Shown here piece by piece: positions 36,700 through 46,333 of a DNA stretch of 64,000 nt (position 1 is the stretch's first letter; every line of letters begins with the position of its first letter). This DNA is from Promethearchaeota archaeon. Its GTDB lineage: Archaea; Asgardarchaeota; Lokiarchaeia; Sigyniarchaeales; SOKP01. The position numbers and the translations under genes were made by a program. Below the pieces are notes generated by a model. It ran no database searches. It was not told the DNA's origin and saw only the letters and a program-made list of their open reading frames with translations. The stretch spans positions 32,001 through 96,000 of the forward strand of contig JAHPZA010000003.1 in assembly GCA_019058445.1 (NCBI GenBank), given 5' to 3'.

Positions 36700-39609
36700 T
36701 CAATAAATTCCAAATTCTCGGATGTGTTTTCTTATTGCTGGGATTTTTTCTCCAAATTCCTTTATATAATTGTTATATTTGTCATAAATCGCATTGAAAT
36801 GAGAAATATCTTCATTATCTAATTCTTTTACAAACTCATAAGAGGCTTTTTGAATCCCATTGAAAATCTCATCAAATTTCCCCGAAAATTCTTGAAGGTT
36901 TGAATCCACATTTTGTCCTCTTTGTTTTCTTAGCATATTTCGTAATTTCCCACGAGGTACTCTAATTTTTTCAATCAACTCATCACAATCATGTAGGAAC
37001 TGATATGATTTATTCCTCGCATCATCTTTTAATTTAGCTTCAATAATTTCGGTTCTCCATGTATTAATCCTCCCCCGCGCATATGTATCAAAATTCAGTG
37101 AGATAGAGTCAATATCCTCTCTAACTAAAAATCTGAGGAATTCTGGATCATCTGATGGGGCTTGTCCACAAATTCCAACCTTTTTTCCATGCTCATGTGC
37201 GGTTTTAATTAGATGGGATACTGATCTTCTAATTGATTCACTATTGGTAATATAATTAAATTCCTTGGATAAGGGTATTAGTCTTTCATTATCCCTTCCA
37301 GCACCATAGATGAGTTGTGTAAGGTCATTCGATCCAATTGAGAAGCCGTCGAAATAGTTGCAAAAAATATCTGCGCAAATAATATTTGAGGGAATTTCTG
37401 CCATACAATAGATCTGTAATCCCTCCTCTCCACGAATTAAGCCCTCGGTCTTCATGATTTCTTCAATTTGTTTAGCTTCTTCAGGTGTTCTACAAAATGG
37501 TATCATAGGAATGATATTGGTTAAGCCCCATTCTCTTGCTTTCGCAATTGCTCGTAATTCTAAAATAAAGGCATTTTGAAAATCATCAGACACATATCGC
37601 GATGCTCCTCTAAATCCTAACATAGGATTATTCTCATCTCCTTCATAGATCCATCCTCCAATTAGATTTCGATATTCATTGGTTTTGAAATCTGAGAGTC
37701 TTACAACACAAGGACCAATAGTTCCATCTGGTAATTCCTTCCATACACCTGCGGCAATAGTAGCGATTCCCTCAGCTAGTTTTTCTACATAAAAATCCTC
37801 TTTATCATCATAACCCACTGTTAATTCTCTAATTTTATCCAAAGTGAGTTTTAATTTTTTAATTTCTTCGTTAAATGGGTCCTTATAATAAAGAACGCTC
37901 TTTTTAATCCCCTCTATTTTTTTTCTTTGATCAACTAATATATCATATCTCATTACCAAAGCTTCGTAATCGATGAGTGCGTTAGGATGCATTTGAATCT
38001 CATCATTTATTATGAATTCCAATCTCGCGAGTCCCGTTCCATCGGGATATTTCCCAGAAGATAAAGCACCCTTAGGAATCCCTAAATTAACTAAAACTTG
38101 AGTCTTAGTGTGAGGAAGTAGAGCAAATTCTATGGTATCAGAATCATATTCTACTGATTTAAGCCAAATTCTTGGCTCACCCTCACTACAATCTATAGTC
38201 ACATTTTCAAGACCATCACGTAGCTTTTCATTTATAATTTCAACGATATTATCAGCCCCTACAATAGATGCGATGTTTAATTCTCGTGAAACTATCGCAG
38301 CATGGCATGTAGGACCGCCTCTCTCTGTGATAACACCTCCCAAGTTTTGCATATAAGAGGTCCAATCGGGGTTGGTCTCTTCCGTTACTAAGATATCTCC
38401 TTCCGATAATAGATGAGCATCGTTAATCGATTCTATTACTTTAATTTTTCCATAATCAATCCTTCTCCCAATAGCTGTACCAGAATTTTCAACTAATAAA
38501 CCTTCTTTTTCGAGTTTGATAGGATCTTCAAGAAGATAGAAAATCTCCTCAGTATCTCCTTTCTGAGAATGTACTGTTTCAGGGCGTGCTTGAACAATAT
38601 AGATTTTATCATTATTACCGAGCGCCCATTCGATATCCATAGGTATGCCGTAATGTTTCCGTATTTTTATTGCATAATCCGCTAAAGTTAATACTTGCTC
38701 ATCGGATAAACAAAATTTTGATTGTTGTTTTTCAGGGATTGGTATTATAATGGTACCTACTTTTTTATCAGGATCGAAGATCATCATTTTTTCTTTCTTA
38801 ACCAATTCACGACGAATAATTCTGAGCGTTGGTGCATGTTTAAAGACAATAAATTCATCCCCTTTTTCCACTCCTTGAACGATTAATTCTCCTAAGCCCC
38901 AAGTTCCACGAATAGTGACCACATTTGGAGAGCCTGAGTCTGGGTCCTCTGTAAACATCACCCCTGAAGCCTTTACACCTCCTGTCCCTCCAGCCATCTC
39001 CTGAACACCTACGCTGAGTTTAACTGCAAAATGGTCAAATCCTGCTCTTTCACGATACATTGTGGCTCTAGTTGTAAAGACCGAAGCCATATCTTTAAGG
39101 ATATATTCTATAACATCATTCTCTCCGCTAATATTTAAATGGGTATCTTGTTGTCCGGCAAAAGAAGCATCCGGCAAATCCTCAGCAGTAGCAGATGATC
39201 GTATTGCAAAGGTGGTTTCTTCCCCGATACGCTTTACTAATTCTCGATACGTACTCAAAATCTCATCAGCTAAGCTATCAGGTATTTTTGCTTGCTCAAT
39301 ATGCGTTCTTATGTTCGAGCAAATCTTATCGACAGTTTGAATTGATTGGATATCTTCTTTTTGCAACTCTTCAGAAATGGTTTTAATTTGCTGATTAATA
39401 TATTCTTTTAATGAAATTAATTCTCGATTATACAAGATATCATTAGCTTCTAATACATAATCATAAGCACCAGCTACAACGGCAAAACCTAATGGCACGG
39501 GGATGCCGAAACTCAAAAGCTCACCTAAGCTGGCATTCTTGCCCCCTACTAAAGGTACATCTTCCTTTCTTAAGTCATCAAAAAATTTAATATAGCGATA
39601 ATCACTCAT
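36700..39609 (-). CDS. ppsA: Phosphoenolpyruvate synthase (pyruvate, water dikinase)
   Basis: VGGKNASLGE, RSSATAEDLPDASFAGQQDT, QARPETV, catalytic TCHAAIVSRE, RLSDFKTNEY, NPMLGFRGASRY, SIGSNDLTQ, GICGQAPSD. Confidence 0.95.
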   Translation of the reverse strand: MSDYRYIKFFDDLRKEDVPLVGGKNASLGELLSFGIPVPLGFAVVAGAYDYVLEANDILYNRELISLKEYINQQIKTISEELQKEDIQSIQTVDKICSNIRTHIEQAKIPDSLADEILSTYRELVKRIGEETTFAIRSSATAEDLPDASFAGQQDTHLNISGENDVIEYILKDMASVFTTRATMYRERAGFDHFAVKLSVGVQEMAGGTGGVKASGVMFTEDPDSGSPNVVTIRGTWGLGELIVQGVEKGDEFIVFKHAPTLRIIRRELVKKEKMMIFDPDKKVGTIIIPIPEKQQSKFCLSDEQVLTLADYAIKIRKHYGIPMDIEWALGNNDKIYIVQARPETVHSQKGDTEEIFYLLEDPIKLEKEGLLVENSGTAIGRRIDYGKIKVIESINDAHLLSEGDILVTEETNPDWTSYMQNLGGVITERGGPTCHAAIVSRELNIASIVGADNIVEIINEKLRDGLENVTIDCSEGEPRIWLKSVEYDSDTIEFALLPHTKTQVLVNLGIPKGALSSGKYPDGTGLARLEFIINDEIQMHPNALIDYEALVMRYDILVDQRKKIEGIKKSVLYYKDPFNEEIKKLKLTLDKIRELTVGYDDKEDFYVEKLAEGIATIAAGVWKELPDGTIGPCVVRLSDFKTNEYRNLIGGWIYEGDENNPMLGFRGASRYVSDDFQNAFILELRAIAKAREWGLTNIIPMIPFCRTPEEAKQIEEIMKTEGLIRGEEGLQIYCMAEIPSNIICADIFCNYFDGFSIGSNDLTQLIYGAGRDNERLIPLSKEFNYITNSESIRRSVSHLIKTAHEHGKKVGICGQAPSDDPEFLRFLVREDIDSISLNFDTYARGRINTWRTEIIEAKLKDDARNKSYQFLHDCDELIEKIRVPRGKLRNMLRKQRGQNVDSNLQEFSGKFDEIFNGIQKASYEFVKELDNEDISHFNAIYDKYNNYIKEFGEKIPAIRKHIREFGIY

Positions 39610-39803
39610 TCCAAGTCATTAATGAGGTATTTTTATTTTTAAATTTATGCGCAATTTAACTATTGTATATTAAATTTATGAATAATTAAAAGTATTACTT
39701 TTGCTCAGAAAATTTAGGTAAAACTGTCATTCTAATAAAAAAAAGGAAAAAAAAATTATTTAAATTTTTTCTTTAGGAATGAAGATATTGCTAAAAAGAA
39801 ATT

Positions 39804-40544
39804 TCAAGGAAGTAAGATTTTGAAATGTTTCTTATAAAAGTAAGTAAAAATAGCTGTAAGAATGAAAATGTAGAAAACCTGAACCACTACACTCAATTCC
39901 GTAAATATAGCTCCCATATCGGTTATCTCTATTAATCTTGAATAATTATCATAATTGCTTAGGAAGATTATATAAAAAAGGAATCCAATTAAGAGAAATC
40001 GTTTGCTTATATAAATTCTTTTATTAAAAACGATATATAATTGAAAAGCAGCCATAATGCCATGTAATATAGGTCCACCAATCCATAAGTAAATATCTTT
40101 TGAGCTATTAATGAGAAATAAAGAGATCAACAAAAATCCTACAGAAGACACAGAGACAAATGAATTTAACAGAGCTGATTCAAATTTATTAATACAGGTT
40201 AAGCTTATTAAAATCAATGTGAGGTATGTGGTATGCGTTAAGGGTACATAATCGTGAACTATAAAGAAAAAATAAATCCAATATCCAACACAAAAGCCAA
40301 GTAAAATGTAACCAAAAACCTTAACCCCAACCGAATATTCTTTTTGCTCTATTACCTTATTTTTTGGTTCTAATAATTTCAAGTAATCCTCGGAATTTTT
40401 CCTTGAGAATTCTCTGTTTTTTAAGTTCTTGTTAATTCTTTTAATAATCTGGTCTGTAATAAGTTCAAGATCGGCATCCGTAAATTTTAGGGGATTTTCG
40501 TTGTGTTGGGATAATAAATTTCCAAGATCCTTATTTTTTTTTAT
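39804..40544 (-). CDS. Multi-pass membrane protein (paralog of 42241..43017); start uncertain
   Basis: The ORF track gives TTG 40382. The frame stays open to 40568 and encodes KFTDADLELITDQIIKRINK, similar to HLSEEQIQQIAEYALAKLNE in the paralog. ATA at 40544 is in frame. Confidence 0.65.
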   Translation of the reverse strand: MKKNKDLGNLLSQHNENPLKFTDADLELITDQIIKRINKNLKNREFSRKNSEDYLKLLEPKNKVIEQKEYSVGVKVFGYILLGFCVGYWIYFFFIVHDYVPLTHTTYLTLILISLTCINKFESALLNSFVSVSSVGFLLISLFLINSSKDIYLWIGGPILHGIMAAFQLYIVFNKRIYISKRFLLIGFLFYIIFLSNYDNYSRLIEITDMGAIFTELSVVVQVFYIFILTAIFTYFYKKHFKILLP

Positions 40545-41142
40545 TAATCCAACATCTTCTGTAATTTTTTACATCAACCCCGACAAGGAACTAAATAAAA
40601 ACTTATAAAAAAAAAAAATAATAATAATACTAATAAGAATATGTAAGATAAGGTATTTAAATGTTTTGTTGTAAAATTTTTGATTCATTTAAATATAACA
40701 TTTTCAAGATTCTCAAAATTTGTACAATTTTGCATTTTTTTACCACAAAATGTGGTTTTTTTTTCTGATATATTAATTAAAGCAACCAGCGTAATCCTGC
40801 TAAAGAGTCTACCTATGATTTAATTGCTAAGATGAATTTTTAAAAAATTAAATTAAAATAATTAAAATTCTCTAATTATACTCAAAGATTAATTTATTAA
40901 ATTTTTTTTCTTACAAAATACAAACAATCCATCGGAGATAATATCAAAGGGGTATAAATTTGGGAAAAAAGTTAACTCCAGAAAAAATATATGAAGGAAA
41001 ATTTTTTTCCTTCTTTCTTCTTGAAATGTTTCGATATCGAAAGACGCCAAAAATGAATTTTTATCATTAAAATGATAATTACTTCTTTTTAATACTCTCT
41101 CCTCGAGTATAGTTTATCTTTTTTAATTAAAATTTCTTAATT

Positions 41143-41182
41143 ATTATTATTGAAAAATTCAAATTATTATTGAAAAATTCAA
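41143..41182 (+). repeat. Perfect 20-bp tandem duplication ATTATTATTGAAAAATTCAA x2
   Basis: 41143-41162 and 41163-41182 are identical and end at the GTG of the next ORF. Confidence 0.85.
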
Positions 41183-41392
41183 GTGAGGAATATGGGAGAA
41201 GAAATTAAAGGTTTTGAGAAAATAGAAAAGATAATAGGAACTATTTGGGTCATTATTTTAGTGTTTTTATGGATCAGCTATCCTTTTCTTCCTGGGGATA
41301 TATTTTTCTGGATGTGGGTTGCAATAATCTGGTCGATTGCTGGAGGTATTATGGGATTAATCTTTTATTTAATTAAAAGATCAAAAAAGTAA
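41183..41392 (+). CDS. Small 2-TM membrane protein
   Basis: Two hydrophobic helices and a basic tail. The start may be ATG 41192, after GAGGA. Confidence 0.6.
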   Translation: MRNMGEEIKGFEKIEKIIGTIWVIILVFLWISYPFLPGDIFFWMWVAIIWSIAGGIMGLIFYLIKRSKK

Positions 41393-41394
41393 AA

Positions 41395-42129
41395 TTAATT
41401 CTTCTTTTTTCTCTTTTTCTTTGAAGGTATTACTACACCCTGTTTGCGTACCATTCGCAACCGTTCGATCCGTATTTTCATGCTATGAACAATTACACCA
41501 ATAAAGAGGAACGATAAAAGAATTGTAGCCCATTCCATAATAGGGATAATAAAAAACCATAAAACGAGATTAACTGCTGCTGCTGAAAAGCCAAATTTTG
41601 CTACATTTCGAGTAAATTTATATTTATAGAGTGCGATGGATGGGAATAGAAAAGTCAAAACACTAACAACAAAAAGGCTCATAGACCAGAATATATGTAT
41701 GAGGAAATTATTCTCTGGGAATATTCCACACATAATCATAGCGAATGCGCAATACAATCCCGATAACTGAGTCAACATCGTAAGCCTTTTATTCCTTCTA
41801 CCACCAATGTACCACTCATATAAACCAATAAAGAACGGAATGAGGGCAATTCCAGCGGCAATTATACCGATATTAAAATAAATTGCCCCTTCTGGATTTA
41901 GATTAGAGTTCCCTAGGTTACTCATCCAGTTCATAAACGGATTATATGTCCCAGGAAAGAATGCCATTGAAATAAACGCAAAACTCCAAAAAATTATGAT
42001 AGCAAAAAGCCCGGACACAACACTAATTGGCCATTTAGAGGGAATCGGAAATGTTTCAATTGCTTTTTTTATTTTCTCTGACTCAATTATCTTTTTTATT
42101 TTCTCTGATTTCAATAATAACCTCTCCAT
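41395..42129 (-). CDS. DUF998-like multi-pass membrane protein
   Basis: YNPFMNWMSNLG, GAIYFNIG, GIFPEN...IH; about six TM helices; Lys-rich tail. Confidence 0.75.
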   Translation of the reverse strand: MERLLLKSEKIKKIIESEKIKKAIETFPIPSKWPISVVSGLFAIIIFWSFAFISMAFFPGTYNPFMNWMSNLGNSNLNPEGAIYFNIGIIAAGIALIPFFIGLYEWYIGGRRNKRLTMLTQLSGLYCAFAMIMCGIFPENNFLIHIFWSMSLFVVSVLTFLFPSIALYKYKFTRNVAKFGFSAAAVNLVLWFFIIPIMEWATILLSFLFIGVIVHSMKIRIERLRMVRKQGVVIPSKKKRKKKN

Positions 42130-42240
42130 TTATTATAAGAACTATGAAGCAAAAAACGATGGACGAAAAAAATTTAGAAAATTTTGAGTTTATTAAATAC
42201 AATATCTATAAAAAAATTTTGTTTAATAATTCATTGCATT

Positions 42241-43017
42241 CTAGGGAAGTAGAATTCCGAATTTTTTCTTGTAGAAATATATAACGATAAAAGTTATACC
42301 CAGAATGTAGAAAGACAAGACTGCTGTGGCAAGCTCGGGAAAGATATCTTCCGTTCCTATTATTACATTGATATGTGAGAATGACTCAAAGCTGCTTATA
42401 AAAAGCAAATAAAACAAAAACCCCCAAAACATATACCTTTTAGAAACAGCGATTTTACGGTGAAAAACAAGAAATAATTGGAAACTAGCCACAAGTCCAT
42501 ATAAAACAGGACCTGTAAAAAAGCTATATATATCTGTAGCTACTCGAATTGAACCAATCGAAATCATAATAAATCCATATACCGTAATAGATGTAATAGA
42601 ATTAAGTAATACTGACTCAAATTTATTAATGAGCGTTAAAGCAACTAGAATCATTGTTATATATACCGAATATGTCAAGGGTTCGAGCTGTTGTACTATG
42701 AAGAAAAACCATATCCAATACCAAATACATATTCCTAAAAGAGCAATTCCTCCGATGCGCACTCCAGTAGAAAATTCTTTTTGTTCAAGAACTTTTTTCT
42801 TAGGTTCTAAAACATCAGAGTCAAGTGTGCCATAATAACCGTTTAAACCATTAAGAACTGGTTTTTTATCGCCAAACTTTTCATTTAATTTAGCCAATGC
42901 ATACTCTGCAATTTGTTGAATTTGTTCTTCGCTTAAATGTATGTGATCTTCTTCAAATGACGACTTTTTACTTTTAAATTCTATTTTCCTAAGGATATGT
43001 TTTACTCTCTCAATCAA
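42241..43017 (-). CDS. Multi-pass membrane protein (paralog of the gene ending at 39804)
   Basis: Shares LEPKxKVxEQKExSxGV, PLT, INKFESxLLNS, GP, ISKR and the C-terminal YKKxFxILLP with the paralog. Confidence 0.75.
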   Translation of the reverse strand: MIERVKHILRKIEFKSKKSSFEEDHIHLSEEQIQQIAEYALAKLNEKFGDKKPVLNGLNGYYGTLDSDVLEPKKKVLEQKEFSTGVRIGGIALLGICIWYWIWFFFIVQQLEPLTYSVYITMILVALTLINKFESVLLNSITSITVYGFIMISIGSIRVATDIYSFFTGPVLYGLVASFQLFLVFHRKIAVSKRYMFWGFLFYLLFISSFESFSHINVIIGTEDIFPELATAVLSFYILGITFIVIYFYKKKFGILLP

Positions 43018-43123
43018 TTTTTATTCTTGACTATCTTTATATGAATCTAACAAATCAATTAATGCTCTATTAAAACTATAAAACCGGAATTTAAAAATTT
43101 AAGTAAAAAGAAAATTAGAGATT

Positions 43124-43906
43124 TTATTTTTTAGCACTGATAAACAGTCTATCCAATTTAAGCTGTAATGGATTAGGTTGGTTTATTTCAAAAAGTAATG
43201 CTTTATATCTTTGAATAAACTCATCATGAAGGGATTTAGGCAATACAGCCGCAAATGGTACAAATCCGGCAGCTTTAAAATAATTAATCAAATCTGCATC
43301 ACTTTCAAATTCTACAGTGTACGGGTAGACTTCTACAAAGATTTCCTTAAATTTAACCCCCTTGAGTATTTTTTCAGTTTCTCTCTCAGTAAGGAAACGC
43401 CATGGAGGTTTAAAATTTTTTAAATAGTCCTTAAATTCTATGCCGACTTTGATTAACGCTTGGGAATATGCTGAAATCCGCTTTAAACCCGTCTGAATCA
43501 TGATTCTCCCGTTATTTTTAAGAGATTTGTAGATTAACTTATAAAGTAATTCTTGCTTTCTTATCCAATGAATAGCGCTATTAGAAAATACAGCATCAAA
43601 TTGGTTTTCATAATTCATTTTGATCGCATCTATGTTAACCACCTCAACATTTGTAATTCCGTGATCGTTAAGATTTTCTTTTGCTTGTTTGGTCATTTCT
43701 TTAGAGGATTCAAGTGCAATAATTTTCCCGTATGGTATTCTTTTTGCAAGTAACATAGTGAGAATTCCATTTCCACATCCGATTTCTAAAATATCCTCAT
43801 TATCTTCAGGAAGTAATTTTTCGATTACCCGTAGACCCAGCTCATATTGAACAGGAGAGTGTTTTTGATAGAATTTTGCGTCCCATTTAAGATCAATATC
43901 CTTCAT
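43124..43906 (-). CDS. Class I SAM-dependent methyltransferase (Tam-like)
   Basis: WDAKFY...Q, ILEIGCGNG, FDAVFSNSAIHW. The likely start is ATG 43906. Confidence 0.85.
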   Translation of the reverse strand: MKDIDLKWDAKFYQKHSPVQYELGLRVIEKLLPEDNEDILEIGCGNGILTMLLAKRIPYGKIIALESSKEMTKQAKENLNDHGITNVEVVNIDAIKMNYENQFDAVFSNSAIHWIRKQELLYKLIYKSLKNNGRIMIQTGLKRISAYSQALIKVGIEFKDYLKNFKPPWRFLTERETEKILKGVKFKEIFVEVYPYTVEFESDADLINYFKAAGFVPFAAVLPKSLHDEFIQRYKALLFEINQPNPLQLKLDRLFISAKK

Positions 43907-44015
43907 AATAATATTAAATACCCGAATTTCTATAAATTTTATATAATTAAACAAAAATAGAAAAAGATTACAAAATTTAATAACCCACAATTTTAATTAT
44001 ATTAACAACATATCA

Positions 44016-44792
44016 ATGGTGAAAAAAGAAGTGGCAATAGATTACGAACAAGCAGTTAAAGATTTAAAAACGGAATCTGATATAAAGTCTGTAGCGGTTA
44101 TTGAAGGAAAATACAAAATCGTATATTCAACGGAAGATTGGGATATAAGTGGAGATATTAAGAAGCTTGTTGGAATTTGGGACTCAATGCATGGAAAGTC
44201 TTTAACGGTTTCTGAAAATAAATATTCAATCCTTCAAGCTACGCCGGAAAGATTAGTGGCAACTTCAATTAAAGGAAAAGGGCATATTTTGGGAGCTAAG
44301 GATGATGAAAGAAAGGTTATCGTTTATGCAAAACCAAAAGGGAATATGCTGACTGCTTATACTGCTGCTGCCAGAGCATTAGAAGCAATGAGCTCGAAAG
44401 AGCCTTATATGGATGAAAAGACAGAATTAGGAAATGTAGAAAAATTTCCTTCGGAATGGGATACTCCAAGATTAAGAGAAGAAATGATGAAAGGTCTCAT
44501 AGAGTTCTTTACAAAAGGCGGAAAACTTGAAAGAGTTGATGAGACTGATTTAAAGCGCAGAGAAAAAGAAAGAGGACAGAGAATGGAAGAATTAAGTAAA
44601 GTATTACATGCATTAGAAATAACCAAGGAAGAAAAAGATAAACTGGTAAGTATCACAATAAAATCGAAATTTGTTACTGATTACATCTATGATGATTTCC
44701 AACTGTTAAGAGTGAAACATAAAATTGAGAAACTCATTGAGAAAGAGTTTCAAGTGCATGATATTGAGACGAGAATTGTGAAAAAAATATAA
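44016..44792 (+). CDS. Asgard profilin-like protein with a ~130-aa C-terminal extension
   Basis: Residues ~8-125 (SVAVIEG..IVYSTEDWDISGDI...SLTV...KYSILQATPERLVATSIKGKGHILG...IVY) match the pattern I recall for Lokiarchaeal profilins (TxxWD, KY, TxER, GKGHI). Confidence 0.72.
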   Translation: MVKKEVAIDYEQAVKDLKTESDIKSVAVIEGKYKIVYSTEDWDISGDIKKLVGIWDSMHGKSLTVSENKYSILQATPERLVATSIKGKGHILGAKDDERKVIVYAKPKGNMLTAYTAAARALEAMSSKEPYMDEKTELGNVEKFPSEWDTPRLREEMMKGLIEFFTKGGKLERVDETDLKRREKERGQRMEELSKVLHALEITKEEKDKLVSITIKSKFVTDYIYDDFQLLRVKHKIEKLIEKEFQVHDIETRIVKKI

Positions 44793-44834
44793 GGTTACTA
44801 GTTTTTAAGTTAAAATTAAAGCCGAAACAGCAGA

Positions 44835-46268
44835 CTATTTTATTTTTTTAAGATTAGCAAAGTCTACAATATGTTTCGGTATTCTATAACTTGGACTTTT
44901 AATTTGAGCGGCACCACTTTCAATAGCTAATCTTGGCATGCCATACAAAATACATGTTTCTTGGGATTCGGCAATTGTTTTTCCTCCGATTCGTTTAATT
45001 GCCTCTAATCCATCGACACCATCCTCTCCCATACCGGTCAGTAAAATTCCCAAGGTTTTTTTTCGAAAGACTTTACAAGCAGAAAAGAATAACACGTCAA
45101 TTGAGGGAATACAATAATGCACTGGGTCACCTGAAAATATGTGGATACAAGGCTTATTATTTTTAACAAAAATTGACATGTGTCTGCCACCTGGTGCAAA
45201 ATAGACAATTCCTGGTTGAAGATACTCTCCTTCAATGCCTACCTTAATATGAATGGGACAAGTCTCATTTAAACTGCTAATGAAAGAATGAATAAATGGA
45301 TCGCTTAAATGTTGGACTACTAAAATTGGACATGAGATATTAGGAGGAATCTCCTTTAATACGGTTTTTAATGTTCGTGGACCGCCTACACTCGCTCCAA
45401 TAACAATTACATTAGATCCTAAATGAACCCCTTTTAATGGGGTTAGATCGGTTCTTTCTAATACTTTATTTCTTTTTATTTCTTTCTTTAAAATAGATTT
45501 TGATTTATGCGTTAAAGGATGAATTGCGTTTTCTGGTTTTTTGACTGAAATTTTTATCGAATGCTTTGCTTTTTCAGCTTTTGTTTCTTTAACTTCTTTT
45601 TGTTTGATTGATTCTTTAATTCCTTCCTTTTGTATCGACTTTTGCGCCTCAACTTTCTTAGTTTTTGGCTTTATTTTAACTTCTGTTGTTTCATTGGATT
45701 TTTTCACGCTGGTCAAGTCTAATTTATTGGTCTCCTCTGTTTCTAGTATAGGTTTTAATTCATTTATGTATTTACCAAATTTAAAAATCTCACTCACTAG
45801 CTCTTGTCGAATATAGGTCTTTTTAATTATGCTATTTTCTTTTTCAAATATTCTTTTAATTTGGGACTTCGAGGCTAGAAGAACTTTAGCAAGCAGTTCT
45901 TCTTTAAACCTTGGTAAATTTTTTGCTCCTAATCCTCCCGGTTTAATTACATAATCAAAGGCTCCCATTAATAACGCTTGGATTGAAGTATCCATAGTTT
46001 GAGGATTAACTGCTGATAAGATAATTGTCGGAGTAGGATTATAGTCCATTATTTTTTTAAAGGCATCAAGACCGTTCATTTCGGGCATAATTAAATCAAG
46101 GATTAATACATCTGGATGATGTTTTTTTACTAAATTTATTGCCTCTACTCCATTTTTTGCATAATCAGCAATTTTAATTGTTTCATCAATTGAAAGAATA
46201 TTTGTAATCGATTTTCTTAAAAACTCTGAATCATCAGCGATTATAACGCTTATTGTCTCACTACTCAT
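44835..46268 (-). CDS. cheB: Chemotaxis methylesterase CheB (REC + long Lys-rich linker + esterase)
   Basis: REC domain ADDS..LDLIMP..KP; esterase triad GASVGGP, VQHL, TGMGEDG; YGMP. Confidence 0.93.
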   Translation of the reverse strand: MSSETISVIIADDSEFLRKSITNILSIDETIKIADYAKNGVEAINLVKKHHPDVLILDLIMPEMNGLDAFKKIMDYNPTPTIILSAVNPQTMDTSIQALLMGAFDYVIKPGGLGAKNLPRFKEELLAKVLLASKSQIKRIFEKENSIIKKTYIRQELVSEIFKFGKYINELKPILETEETNKLDLTSVKKSNETTEVKIKPKTKKVEAQKSIQKEGIKESIKQKEVKETKAEKAKHSIKISVKKPENAIHPLTHKSKSILKKEIKRNKVLERTDLTPLKGVHLGSNVIVIGASVGGPRTLKTVLKEIPPNISCPILVVQHLSDPFIHSFISSLNETCPIHIKVGIEGEYLQPGIVYFAPGGRHMSIFVKNNKPCIHIFSGDPVHYCIPSIDVLFFSACKVFRKKTLGILLTGMGEDGVDGLEAIKRIGGKTIAESQETCILYGMPRLAIESGAAQIKSPSYRIPKHIVDFANLKKIK

Positions 46269-46333
46269 ATTTTAGAAAACCTCTTTGTTCTTTATTTTTT
46301 TTCTTAATATTTTGTCCCTTACTTTAATGATAT

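Noticed and set aside
42064-42117. Imperfect 27-bp tandem repeat in the DUF998-like gene (SEKIKK twice)
   Set aside because: A short in-frame duplication in a low-complexity N-terminus with no evidence of function.
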